This document shows, piece after piece, positions 13,117 through 24,361 of a stretch of DNA of 64,000 nt (position 1 is its first letter; each line of letters opens with the position of its first letter). The DNA is from Magallana gigas (lineage: Eukaryota), in the NCBI RefSeq assembly GCF_963853765.1, contig NC_088862.1, forward strand, positions 930,001 through 994,000. The letters run 5' to 3'. The translations under genes and the position numbers were made by a program. Under the pieces are notes generated by a model that had not been told where the DNA came from, did not search any database, and was given only the letters and a program-made list of their open reading frames with translations.

Positions 13117-13761
13117 ATGAATGTTTCGTTTGAAGAGGCTTTGCAAGCCTTGGGGTTAGACGACACTTTAACTCCCGATGAGGAGTTTGGGTATATTAGT
13201 GGCAGACATCATGTCCCAGATAATGTCGGTTTTAGAACTCCGGGTGATATGGGTTACTGTGCTCCGAGCACTGTTAGGGTAGGTCAGACTGCCGGCCCAT
13301 CCCGCTTTCCAGGGGGGCAGGCAGGCTATCCCCAGTGTGGGAGGGGGGTTTGGCAGGGTACAGTAAGGGAGCCAGAGGTCACTGTGGCACACTCTGTTGT
13401 GCCTGGGCCAGCCAGTAGTATTCAGCCGGGGGTGTCCCCCGGGTCTTCGGTTAGATGCAGTTCACCAGTTGGTTGTAGGGAATTTGTCCCGCCCAGCGAT
13501 TATGTAGGGGTCCCCATGTCACGTCGTTCCCATGTGGCCCTTACCCGTCAGTGTGACCCAACTGTTAGGGATGTTCCTGTCGACCGAGGGCCTGAGGATA
13601 CCATTGGAGTCACCCCGCTGCATCCGCCTCATGTTCAAGGGGACCTGAGACCCCACCTGCTAGACCTGGATTCCCCCATCACCCCGTCCCCCGTCCCCCT
13701 CCAACCCCATGCCCGGCAGGCCTGTCAGGCCTGCATACCAGCCCACACCCCAGCCCTGTAG
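13117..13761 (+). CDS. Pro/Gly/Val-rich upstream ORF of the LTR element (probably the N-terminal part of Gag)
   Basis: First ATG at 13117 (MNVSFEEALQALGLDD...). The ORF overlaps the downstream Gag ORF by 53 nt in another frame. Confidence 0.55.
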   Translation: MNVSFEEALQALGLDDTLTPDEEFGYISGRHHVPDNVGFRTPGDMGYCAPSTVRVGQTAGPSRFPGGQAGYPQCGRGVWQGTVREPEVTVAHSVVPGPASSIQPGVSPGSSVRCSSPVGCREFVPPSDYVGVPMSRRSHVALTRQCDPTVRDVPVDRGPEDTIGVTPLHPPHVQGDLRPHLLDLDSPITPSPVPLQPHARQACQACIPAHTPAL

Positions 13762-16700
13762 CTATTGCCCTACTAGTTCCACCACCCATCCCCAGGACCC
13801 TGCTAATGTAAGCCAAGGGCAGCTTGTGGATTTGCCACATGCACCCCAGATTGTTGATTTTCAACCCCAAGCTTCACTTGCTCAGCCTACCCCTGCCCCT
13901 GGGAATAGTAACTCAATGTCAGGTAGTAGGCCCCCTCATGGGGTGCCTCGCCATTCTCCCCCGGGGGGGGAGTACCTTGCCACTAGGGTCCAGGAGTCCT
14001 TGGTCCATACCTCGCAGGGATCCTTTGGTGTGCGCATGTGCACTGCTGTAACCCAGCCGGTTGCACCCAGCTGTTATTACCCCACACCCCAGCCCCGGGA
14101 TGATCAGTATTTAACTGCGCAGGGGGGGCCAATGTCAGGACGCCACCAGTATTTTACAGGTTATGCGGTCCCAACACCTGTGGCCTCCTCCCAGCCCAAC
14201 AATCCTGGGGGAGAGGGAGGTAGAATAGCGCAAGTCCAGCCACAGTATCATGAGCCCTTGTCTGGGGAACCCCATCCCCTGGGTGACCATACATATGTCC
14301 CAGTACCCCATGAATATGAGCCCTTGGCTAGGGATGTACCTCCCCATGCAAGTCACGCGCGGACTGCCGCTGCGTCTTGCAGTCCCCCTGAGTACGCGCG
14401 GATCTCCGCAGCGTCTCACCATCCCCATGAACATGTGCGGTTATCCGCAGCGCGCCCTCATCCCCATGCAAGTTACGCGCGGACTCCCGCTGCGTCTTGC
14501 ATTCCCCATGGATACGCGCGGTTATCCCCAACATCTCGCGCACCCCCGGAGTACGCGCGGTCATCCGCAGTGTCTCGTGGGGTCCCCGAGTTTTTGCAGA
14601 CACCCGTCGCGACCTATGGCTCACCTGGAGATGTGCAGCTGCCTGCGATGCAGTACAATCCTCAAGACTATACCGCACTACCAGCCAGTTCTAGCCACCC
14701 GACCGTCCGGAATAGACCTAGATATAAGGATCTCCGCTATGAAGGCAAGTCCAACTGGAAAGCCTTCCTTCATAAGTTTGTTCGCCTTTCGCGCAGCCAA
14801 CAGTGGAATGAGACCGAGCAACACGATCAATTCTGTTTCTTCCTGGAGGGCCCAGCCAGTGAGTATTACACTTTGATGCTGGAGACTACCCCCGGCCTGA
14901 GGTTCAGTGAAATACTCCGGAAGTTCGACAAGCGCTTTGGCTCATCGGCACCAGACCTCACACATCAACTTAATTTCCAATCAGCGACCCAGAATAGTGG
15001 TGAGTCCCTGCGACAGTGGTCTGACAGAGTGCTCACTTTGGCTACTCGTGCATTCCCCCAGCTACCGGATGTTCATACCCAGGCTATACCGCGTCTGTGT
15101 TATGGAGCTGAGGACCGGGAGGCGGGTTTGTACGCTTTGGATGGCCAACCCAAGACTGTGGAGGAAGCTGTCGACCGCATGCAGTACTTCCAGCATTCGC
15201 GTCAGAGCAGACCCCCCAAGCCTAAGCGGGAGGCGGTTAGGGCCATGGCGGATAAGGACAAGGTAGCTGAAGATAGCCAGAAGGATGGTGAAGGGGAGAA
15301 TGAGATTAAGGAACTCAAGAGCCGCCTGCAGCAGTTGGAGAATGCCTTAAGGGAGAGTAGTATAGCCCAAGCAGACCCGATGTCTCCGTCACCGCCACCT
15401 CCTCCACAAGGAGGGCCGGTGGCACCCCGAGCTAGCCAATGTTGTAAATGTGGTGAGGTCGGGCACTTCCGGAGGGATTGCCCCACCAATGTAGGGAGGA
15501 GGACTGACGCAGGTGCTAGTGTTAGTGGGGACTGGGATAGCCCCCTGTCCAACCGAGGTGCCTGTCCGGCGGAGGACTATAGCAGAGGACCCCAGTTTAG
15601 GAGCAGAGCCGCTAGCGAGAGTCAGCTTATTAGAACGGTACACATGATGACACCCGATAGAAGTGACAGAACAGAAACACTCCCTGTGGATGGTTGTACC
15701 ACGGAGCAGACTTCCCGGAAGTCAGGTTCCAACCCACTGGTGGTGGAGGTGGGTTCCTGTATGAAGAGCAGGAGGGAACACAGTGGACTTAAGGTGCAAT
15801 TTGAGAGCTCACCTTCGCCTGATCTGTTCTCCAATGGAGAATCTGAGGTTCCAGGGAGCAGAGTGTCAGCCCCTGCAGACTGGAGTGCAGAGTGCAAGGT
15901 GCGGCCACGTGAGGAACTCGCTGTCGAGTCTGAGTGCCCTGATGTCGTGGACTGCAATGGAGAGGACTCGATGGGGGTTGTTAAATGTGGGGGATGTGGC
16001 GAAGCTGAGAGCGAGATCCGGGAGTTGAGGGGAAAAGTGCAGCTGCTAGAGAAGACTCTCAAGGAAGTACTTGACTCAACTCGGCTTGGGACCCAGATGA
16101 CTGGCCTCCCCAGAAGGCATCCTGGCCCAAGGACAAGCAACTGTTTTAAGTGTGGGAAGTCTGGCCATTTTCGGAGAGAATGTCGCACTTATGTCAGACG
16201 GAAGACGGAAGGAGGTGCTGGAGACGATTGTCCTCTGCCTTACCGTGGTGCCCGTCGAGCAGTTGCAGATACAAAGACACAGATGGGCAGTTCACAGCCC
16301 ATGGAAAGCGGGCAGCTTCGCACTGTGTGCCGGCTGACCCGGGATAAGATGAACAGTTTGAGGAAGCTGGCTGCAGGTGACCCGTGTGTGGATCAGGACA
16401 TGGACACCTCTGGTGCCATCATCGGGTGCAGGAGGAAGCGTGGTAGGCGAAGGGTGCGACGCAAGAGGCTGAAAGCTGCGGTCTTGGGAGATGGTGAAGT
16501 TACCCCGACAGACAGTAATCCGGGGCGACAAATGCAGCGCAGTAAGGAGATCCCTACAGAATCCAGATGCCCTGAGGCCATGGTGGACTTGGTGGATGAC
16601 TCCGTGCCCCAGATTCAGGGAGCAGTCTCGTGGGATAAAGATCTGTATGTCCAGGCTGCCAGTACAGTTAAGCCGAGAATTATGGAGAGCAGCCCTGAGG

Positions 16701-16864
16701 TAGCGAAGGAGTATTTCAAAGTTCCTGCCGGAGGACAGCACCAAGGAGAGGCAACAAACTCGAAGTACTCCAGTCCTGGCGTCCTGATAGAAGTGATGGA
16801 TGTACCACCGAGACCCTCTTTGCCCTCAGAATTGCGTACGGCATGTCTTGTTGACCAGACATAG
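13709..16864 (+). CDS. gag: Gag-like polyprotein: capsid-like domain plus two coiled-coil/CCHC zinc-knuckle modules, 1051 aa
   Basis: RYEGKSNWKAFLHKF...QWNETEQ...FFLEGPASEYY...QNSGESLRQWSDRVLTLATRAFP (retrotransposon capsid-like). Knuckles CCKCGEVGHFRRDC and CFKCGKSGHFRREC. Arg-rich RRKRGRRRVRRKRLK. Confidence 0.85.
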   Translation: MPGRPVRPAYQPTPQPCSYCPTSSTTHPQDPANVSQGQLVDLPHAPQIVDFQPQASLAQPTPAPGNSNSMSGSRPPHGVPRHSPPGGEYLATRVQESLVHTSQGSFGVRMCTAVTQPVAPSCYYPTPQPRDDQYLTAQGGPMSGRHQYFTGYAVPTPVASSQPNNPGGEGGRIAQVQPQYHEPLSGEPHPLGDHTYVPVPHEYEPLARDVPPHASHARTAAASCSPPEYARISAASHHPHEHVRLSAARPHPHASYARTPAASCIPHGYARLSPTSRAPPEYARSSAVSRGVPEFLQTPVATYGSPGDVQLPAMQYNPQDYTALPASSSHPTVRNRPRYKDLRYEGKSNWKAFLHKFVRLSRSQQWNETEQHDQFCFFLEGPASEYYTLMLETTPGLRFSEILRKFDKRFGSSAPDLTHQLNFQSATQNSGESLRQWSDRVLTLATRAFPQLPDVHTQAIPRLCYGAEDREAGLYALDGQPKTVEEAVDRMQYFQHSRQSRPPKPKREAVRAMADKDKVAEDSQKDGEGENEIKELKSRLQQLENALRESSIAQADPMSPSPPPPPQGGPVAPRASQCCKCGEVGHFRRDCPTNVGRRTDAGASVSGDWDSPLSNRGACPAEDYSRGPQFRSRAASESQLIRTVHMMTPDRSDRTETLPVDGCTTEQTSRKSGSNPLVVEVGSCMKSRREHSGLKVQFESSPSPDLFSNGESEVPGSRVSAPADWSAECKVRPREELAVESECPDVVDCNGEDSMGVVKCGGCGEAESEIRELRGKVQLLEKTLKEVLDSTRLGTQMTGLPRRHPGPRTSNCFKCGKSGHFRRECRTYVRRKTEGGAGDDCPLPYRGARRAVADTKTQMGSSQPMESGQLRTVCRLTRDKMNSLRKLAAGDPCVDQDMDTSGAIIGCRRKRGRRRVRRKRLKAAVLGDGEVTPTDSNPGRQMQRSKEIPTESRCPEAMVDLVDDSVPQIQGAVSWDKDLYVQAASTVKPRIMESSPEVAKEYFKVPAGGQHQGEATNSKYSSPGVLIEVMDVPPRPSLPSELRTACLVDQT
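14345..14588 (+). repeat. Coding minisatellite (~39-42 bp, ~6 units) inside gag
   Basis: Recurring CATGCAAGTYACGCGCGGACT / GAGTACGCGCGG..TCCGCAG units encoding (H/Y)AR repeats. Confidence 0.75.
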
Positions 16865-17464
16865 CAGAGCTGCCCTTCCCGGACTGAACCAGCAACCCAA
16901 AACGACTTTGACTGTCCCTGGATTTTCCTTTGTGTGTGTGTGTGTCGGCCCTTGTCGTGGAGATGGGCCCTGCCCTTGTGACTTGCTATCCCGACTGTTG
17001 CCGGGATGGCTTTCCCACTTCCTAGTTTTTCGGAAGTTCTGTTAGCACCAGACGTGACCTACTCCTCTCAAAGAACCCTGGCGCCCGGGAGCAGGAGCAA
17101 GTTTCGCCCCCAACCCGGAGTACCCTCGTCCCCCTCCTGGAGCCCTGACCGGGGGGTACGTTTTGGCGGAGATGCCGCGGGGTTACCCTGGAGCTCGCAG
17201 GGTGCACATCGTGATCCTCCAGGAGTGGTAGGGTGAGCTACCATCACCCCTACGGGCGGAGGCCAGTTTTGATATGGCCTTGGCCGCCCGGCTGATTTTC
17301 ATCCCGGCTGTTGCTGGGATGGGCGTTGTAGCGCCACCCTGATTGTGGGTCCCACCTGTAGGTGGGACCAGGTTCCCTTTCATGTTATCCCGGCTGTTGC
17401 TGGGATGGGCGTGATTGCCCCCCTGAAGATCGGTGGTCCCACCTGTAGGTGGTACTGGCTCCCC

Positions 17465-17484
17465 AGAAAGAAGACGGAGGGGAG
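17465..17484 (+). promoter_or_regulatory. Polypurine tract
   Basis: AGAAAGAAGACGGAGGGGAG directly abuts the 3' LTR. Confidence 0.85.
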
Positions 17485-17660
17485 TGTGGTGTTCGTGGAA
17501 CCATTCCTAGTACGAGCTACCCAGTAGCCATGACGTCAGACGGCGGGAATCTGCTCGTGCAGGCTATTCTAGAAGCTGACAGCTACCAGACAAGATGTAT
17601 AGGTGAGTTCGGGGCAACCCACGGTTATTATATAGATAGTGTAGGTAGATAAACACCATA
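17485..17660 (+). repeat. 3' LTR
   Basis: Same sequence as 12595-12770; followed by TTTC. Confidence 0.93.
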
Positions 17661-17714
17661 TTTCTGTACAACAATTGAAGCATGAACGGTTAAGACTGAG
17701 AGCTTTTGAAATTC

Positions 17715-17772
17715 AGTTGCGTATATAGGGTGGCTGGAATAGGGGCGTACAAATAAAAATATGGCGGCATGA
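17715..17772 (-). promoter_or_regulatory. Putative minus-strand promoter (YY1-like GCCGCCAT, GC-box-like, TATA), repeated at ~53640-53685
   Basis: Plus-strand TATATAGGGTGGCTGGAAT.GGGGCGT...ATGGCGGCA is conserved at both loci while neighbouring DNA is more diverged. Confidence 0.4.
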
Positions 17773-18499
17773 GTGGTGTTCAGAACATTAAAAGCCAAGA
17801 TATAATTTCAACGTACGATTTAACAAATGTTATCAGTTTGAATAAATGTTAATTCGTACGTATTTTTTTCTGCAACTCTTGTACTTTTTTGCCAACAATG
17901 CCCAACTGAGACTATTAACCCGATCTCTTCAGACTAATAAAGAGAAGTTGGAAATGATCTATGCGCAACTTACTCATACAAAATGAAATAATTCGTAGGT
18001 CAGGGTTTAACCTAGCGCCTGGTCCCCGCACAGGATAACCTAATAATATTGTTTCCATCTCCAGAACCTGTACCCTATTACATGATAATTGAATTCTTAT
18101 CCAGGGTACTATTTCTCCACATGGGTGGTGATACATGGCACATATGTCTGACGTTGAAATATTTATTTTAATAAAATAATTTCTGTACAATAATAAAAAT
18201 TATTATAGTACATCTCATTTCAAAGCTGATTGTAGTGGTATTTAGCATTGAATGAAAAAACATTTACACACCTTATAAACTTAAACAAAATTCACAGTAT
18301 CCAATTTTTAAACAGTTTAGCCGGATTTCTTTCTCTCATTAATTTATCTTCTCTGTATTCTCACATACTCGATGTTTCTAATAGTTTTCAATTGAAAAAG
18401 ACTTCAAGTACAATATTGAAATCCCTGATTGATATCAAGATTATTCATTACTTTGTGCAACAACTTACATCGTTGTTCACTACTCATTCTGGCAGAGTG

Positions 18500-18900
18500 A
18501 AACATCGTGCCCGATGATAATAAAAAAGTATAATCGATAGTTTAATTAACATGTTTCGCGAGCGCGTCGAATACAATTAGTCCAATGCATTGTCTTTATT
18601 GAAATACTTTAATTATGGGATGTGATTACTGCCGGACGAAATTTCCCTGTTGCTGCCACATAAGCAATGAATACCATATAATAATGACCAATTAAGACGT
18701 ATGCGAAACATCTATATAAAAAAATGTTATTCGACTACTTCAATATATGATGGACGTACCCACTGACCGAGGTAAAGTTTCATGACAGTAGGTTTAAAAC
18801 TCTTTTTGCTGTCGATTAAAATAATGTATTTGACATTGACAATGTTTTTCAGTAAGTAAATTAGGAAAATTTTCACAAGATCCGATCCTTACTAGGGATA
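18500..18900 (+). pseudogene. Degraded paralogue of the 41.0-41.6 kb membrane-protein ORF
   Basis: 18769-18900 GAGGTAAAGTTTCATGACAGTAGGTTTAAAACTCTTTTTG...GATCCGATCCTTACTAGGGAT aligns with 41312-41452. Confidence 0.6.
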
Positions 18901-21900
18901 TAAAACAGAAAGTCGTATTGAGATTTTTTCTTATTCATGTTTTTAAAGTCATGATTCAGTTTTTATAGCTAAAACAGATGTAAGAATAGTTATATGTTTA
19001 AAAAATAATTTTTTAAAGTTAAAACAGCTGTAAAAATATGTTTAATTTAACAAATAAGTCATTCCAAGTAGTCGTCTTTATTTAATTCTGTTTCAGATAA
19101 TAACCTTACCTATTCTTACGTAATAGTATTTAATATTTCTCTTTGTAATATAATTCATTAACCTATTTTATGTGATACATATGAAAGATGCAAACAATAA
19201 CTGGTAGATAATGTATAGGATATGTCACCCCTCGGGGATGTCGTTCACTTCTGACCCACAGTAATGGATAGCAAAATAGCCAGTCTTGTCATCCAATTAG
19301 TGCACATGTCGCAAATAAATGAGACATTCACTTTACAAGAAACCTTGGTCAACTCGTAACACTAGTCAGAGCTAAAGAGCAGACTGTATTGTGGCTCGAG
19401 CCATGTGCCCTATGAATGTCTTGTGTACAGCTTAATACAACACAAGTTAAGTTGAAAAAAAAGCTAATAAGTCAACTAGCGAAATATTAATTTTTGGATA
19501 AAAGTAAATACTATTACTTATAATCGGCTTTGCTTCGTGGAGCCATGCAGGGGTTTTTGAGACGGTAACTGCGATAGAGAATCCATCAATGCTTTCTATA
19601 GATAACGACACTGATAATAAGCATTGCATGACCAGATGCCACGATGACCCTTATCACGAGAGACAGTTTATTAAAATACGAGATATCTATATCCTCTGTA
19701 ATCTTGCTACGAATCGAGAAGGTGCATTTATGCGGACAAGGGAACACGGCTGCGGACGATACTTATAGACAGTCAATAAGCAGTTTGACCTAGAAACTGA
19801 CCTCTTTCATAACTTGTACCACGAACTGTCTAGTTCCTTCCCAGAATTCCAATTTACGCAAGCGCAATTGAAGTTTCAACCTAACTTAATCAGCCCGCGG
19901 TAGAAATCTCGGGCTATTCATTAAACGATCGCTAAAATCCGTGAATGACTAGTTCACATGAGGATTTATTCCTATCCAAGCTCCACCGCCAGTCATCGAC
20001 ACATTCCCATGTGGTAAAAACAGGAAATGGAATAGCGAGGAGGTTGTTAAAAACGCTTTCAAATCTTCTTTAAAGAAAACAAGGTTTCTTGTATCAGTAT
20101 TTGTCCGTCTCTGCAGCAGATATATTAAGTATATTGTTCTTTTCATAAAAATAGACTTGCCTTGCTAAAGATATCTGTTTTCAGGCGGATTATTTTAATT
20201 TGAAAACCCGGTTAAAACTTAGACAATTTATATTTCAAGATTTTAAATTACTAGACTTTGAAAAAAAATGTATTTTTACATAAACATGTATATAGATGCG
20301 AACTTCGGAGACTCTAAAATCTAGAAATTAAAGAACTCTCAAGTTTTTTTTTCGCTTAGCTCAACATGGTGATATGTGGTTTACGGCAAACCTTTTTGTT
20401 TTCCTCTTTGTGTTCATATATAAACTTGAACGTTTTCTTATTTGGCCAATACAGATTGGCTTACGAACAAAAAATAGAACTATAAACTTTATTAAATTCT
20501 ACTTATTCATTAAAGGAAATGTTAAAAATCTATTGTTTATGTCTATTTTCAAATCAAAAACTTTTTCCGTACTATACAAGAACAATTAACAAGGGTACTT
20601 AAAAGACCGTCGGTTGAACTGTTTAATGAAAAACGGCAATCTTTGTAAATGTAGAATATATAAGAATGGCAGTACCTTTTAAAAGTTTTCATTGTCAAGA
20701 TAATAAAAAAGGGAAGAAAAAAACCGTAGTCAGTCCGTTGGACAAATCAGGGTAATGTAAGTCTTTCGAAGCATAACAGAAACAGGTTCAAATTTTAAGA
20801 AAACAATAAAAACGGAATTATCATGCCCTAGCAACCAAATAACAAGATAGCAAAGGAGTTCATGTAATAAAATAACAACGATTTCAACAAGTTTTCCTTT
20901 TATTATTTTGTAGGGATTTAGAAAAAAAATATCTCATGCTATTGATCATTCCAAGAAAAAAATAACGATATCCCTAGCAGCCGCTCACATTCCAAATCAT
21001 CACGCAGTGTTAAAGATAACAATAGATAATCATATAAATTATGAAAGATATGCAAGATTGTAATCAAATACTTTCTGTCTTAATACAATTCATTTTAATG
21101 AAAAAAATGTATCACAACAGCAATCGATCATATCCTATAAAATTATTAGTACATATAGCTAACTATTTCGAGAATTTCAAACCCGAAGACAAATTTGAAA
21201 ACAAACATGAGTCGATAGATAAATCATCGATGTTTCTAAAATCACTTGCATGCTCATTTAAGTACTCTTAATCATCAAAACATGACCATTTTTAAAAAAG
21301 CATGGTATAGACTACAAGAAACATTACTTATTATAAAGTATGATGTATATATACATAATAATATATATGACATACATAACCTAATGAATATACATAACGA
21401 TTATTAATCAGTAAATCTTCGTTTTGCTCTTCACCTTAATCATCTGTGTCACTTGGTATTTCTGCTGCATCTTGAATGTTTCGTTTTCTTTGTTAAACCT
21501 TGTGTTGGTACACCTGCATCTAGGTATCTTTGGTAGACCATGAACCGCATCACTCAAGCAATGTGTAAACAGCAGCCAAATACACGTGCAATGTGTAAAC
21601 GTGCTCTGACTTTACAGGTACTGTACCATCTAGTTTTCCCCTCTGCTCCAGTGATTTTTGTTTGAATATTGAATTAAGAGAGTGTGGACTATGTTTTTAA
21701 ATGCTGTGACTGTTTTTCAGTTTTACCTTATTTGGAAAATATATTAATCAGCGTTTGGTGATAGGACCTTTTGTTCTGCGTAAATATCACTCAATTCAAT
21801 AGGAGGAAATACAGTAAATGTAAGTATTGAAATATAAACATAGCTGATATTGCCATTATAAATGTATTCAAATTTATACATGAACACTTTAATTTTTTTT

Positions 21901-24361
21901 TATATCTAATATTTGATTTGATCAATGGTGATATTTTCAAGAAATACTTTACAAATATTTCTGGCTGATTGTACATGTATATCTATTCTAATAACTTTTT
22001 TCTTCGTTCTTTAAATTCCACGAATTTTCTTTAGTTTAGGCGATTGACAGGTTTATTTGGTGAAATATCACGACCATCTACTGATAGTTTGGGAAAATCA
22101 ACCCAATCTAAACTTTCAATGCATTGGTAGGCTACCTTCTTTCTGAAAAGATTATCTATCTTCTACAATTTGTTGGAGTCTGTTTGAAGCTTGCAACTAT
22201 CCAATGTAAAAAAGCTATGTTTTGATCAATGGTGATATTTTCACAAGAAATACTTTACAAATATAGCTGCCTGATAGTATCTTTTTTAACAACTTTTAAT
22301 TTTTTCTAAGTTCTTTAAATTCCTAGAATTTTCTTAAGTGTAGGCTATTTACTGGTTTAGTTTGGAAGGCTTCATTCTTTCTCAAAAGATGGTCGTCGTC
22401 TACAATTTGTTGGAGCCGGTTCGAAGCATGCAACTTTCTCCGATTCCTGGTCCATTGATGCATTTGCTGCTCTGTATTTGTTGCAAAGGGTACAAACTAA
22501 AGTCCCTAATGTGAGGGATGATGTTTTTATGACTTAGTCGAGTAGCTTCCACTGCTTTATTCGTCCGTTCACAAATTCTACAACCCATCAAACTTTGGTA
22601 ACAACTGACAAGTTTCTTGTTTAGTGTATTGTTTTGTCTTTTCTTTAGATATGTTGGCATCTGATCCCTGTAATAATTCCCTGTCGACGAAGAGAACATA
22701 ATTTTTTTGCAACCATTCTGTATATGAACATAAGTGCAATGAGTGTTTAGAACATATCTTTTCATAGAACGCACGAAACAACTGTTTACATTTGAAAACG
22801 ATATTTATGTTTATAATTGCTATAGGGTTCCTGTATTGAACTGAATTCAACATTTCCAAAATGATGACCAGAGCTGGAGTGTATGCGTCTTACACGTATG
22901 CGTTCTAATTCATACACAGCACACTCAATTTTAAAAAAAAAACTCGCAGAAAAATTCACTTGGTTGGTCCTTGATTTTTTATGAAAAAGTCTTCTGCTTT
23001 GCATAAATATGTTGTGATTTCCTATAATTATTTAAGAATTGCTATTTATCTCCTAAATATACCGAATACATGACTTAAAAATGAATTTAATAATTTTTCT
23101 TTTGATCGACGTATCAAAGGAAATATTGACCGAAAAACTTCATCAATTTTCTTTCTGTCTTACAGACCTACCGCTTAGTCGACTTTAATATCATAAATGA
23201 ACTCTGATTGACGTATTTCCTTAAAACGCCAACTAAAGCAAGCGTTCGCCGGACCGAAATGTACTTGGCGCGAAATGTTTACTACCCTCGATAGCCACAT
23301 CGTATGCTTTAAATTATAAAGATTCAAATGCATATTCTTTTAGCCTTATTCAAAGAAATGTTTTTTTAAATACTAAATCTTATCAATGTAGATGATATAA
23401 CATGTTAACTGAAGCTAACAATTCACAATATGGTGATTCGTAGTATCTTACGTAAACACCGTACGTTACTTCTGTCATCTGTACTTGGGGCTTACTGTGT
23501 TTTTATCATATGGTTCAAGGATATGAATACATGTTTTGTATTATGGGAGTGCTGCGTTTTCTTTGTTTGACTACTTACATGTCTAGTAGTGATGGTTTGC
23601 TACATGTTGACTATACATGTACCATGATCCGCCCCTTGCTTTCCTGTCGTCATGAAGAATGAAATTTGTTTACACTGGCAACATAAGTCGTACTTTGTTT
23701 GGTCAGGTAAACAGGCAATGGTATTCTTGGAGATGTAAACCTCAATATACAATTTATGTTAAATACAAGTTCGAAATATTTACCACAATCGACGGGTGAC
23801 GTTAGCAGTAAAATTTGACATTGGTGTCTTCCCACTTTTCTAACGTTTTGAATAAATACTGGTTTTTGTTTTTATATAAAGTCACAACACTTTGACAACA
23901 CCTGAGAGATATGCGTGCGTTATCCTTTAAAGAGTAAGTGTTACTTTTAGACTTGATTTTGTTCTTTATTACATGCTTATGTACATGAGTCGGGAGGATG
24001 TAATTATGCGTTTAATTTTACAAATAATAAGTAATTCTCCAATTGAATTACATCCTCACAATTAACTTCTAAACATAACTGTACATGAGGATGAGCACTG
24101 CTGTCTCTTCAAACGTCCCTATTTTAAAGATAATATAACAATCTTTTTTCATATATGTGTATAACCAAGTACAGGGTCATGTTAAACACTAGTTAAAATA
24201 ACCTACCATGCATTTGCCAGTCTGCGCAATATGTACCTTTTCTAATATGCACAGCCTTTTATTTTCAATAGGGAACATAATATCCCTCTCTTCTCTCTAT
24301 CGGGGCATGATATTTGTTATGTATTTTGTGTTTGACAATGGTTAAATTAACAGATGATTAT

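Larger units (their letters stand above)
12595..17660 (+). mobile_element. Non-autonomous gag-only LTR retrotransposon (Ty3/Gypsy-like), very recent insertion
   Basis: Two 176-bp LTRs identical by eye, PBS after the 5' LTR, PPT before the 3' LTR, TTTC target duplication, Gag-like ORF with two CCHC knuckles. No protease, RT, RNase H or integrase motifs. Confidence 0.93.

Noticed and set aside
13168-17652. Numerous alternative-frame and antisense ORFs over the LTR element
   Set aside because: Shadow ORFs of GC-rich gag and LTR sequence with no independent motifs.
12595-17660. DIRS/Ngaro interpretation, given nearby tyrosine recombinase fragments
   Set aside because: Direct LTRs with PBS, PPT and a target duplication, and no YR or RT inside. 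The YR pieces lie outside the element.
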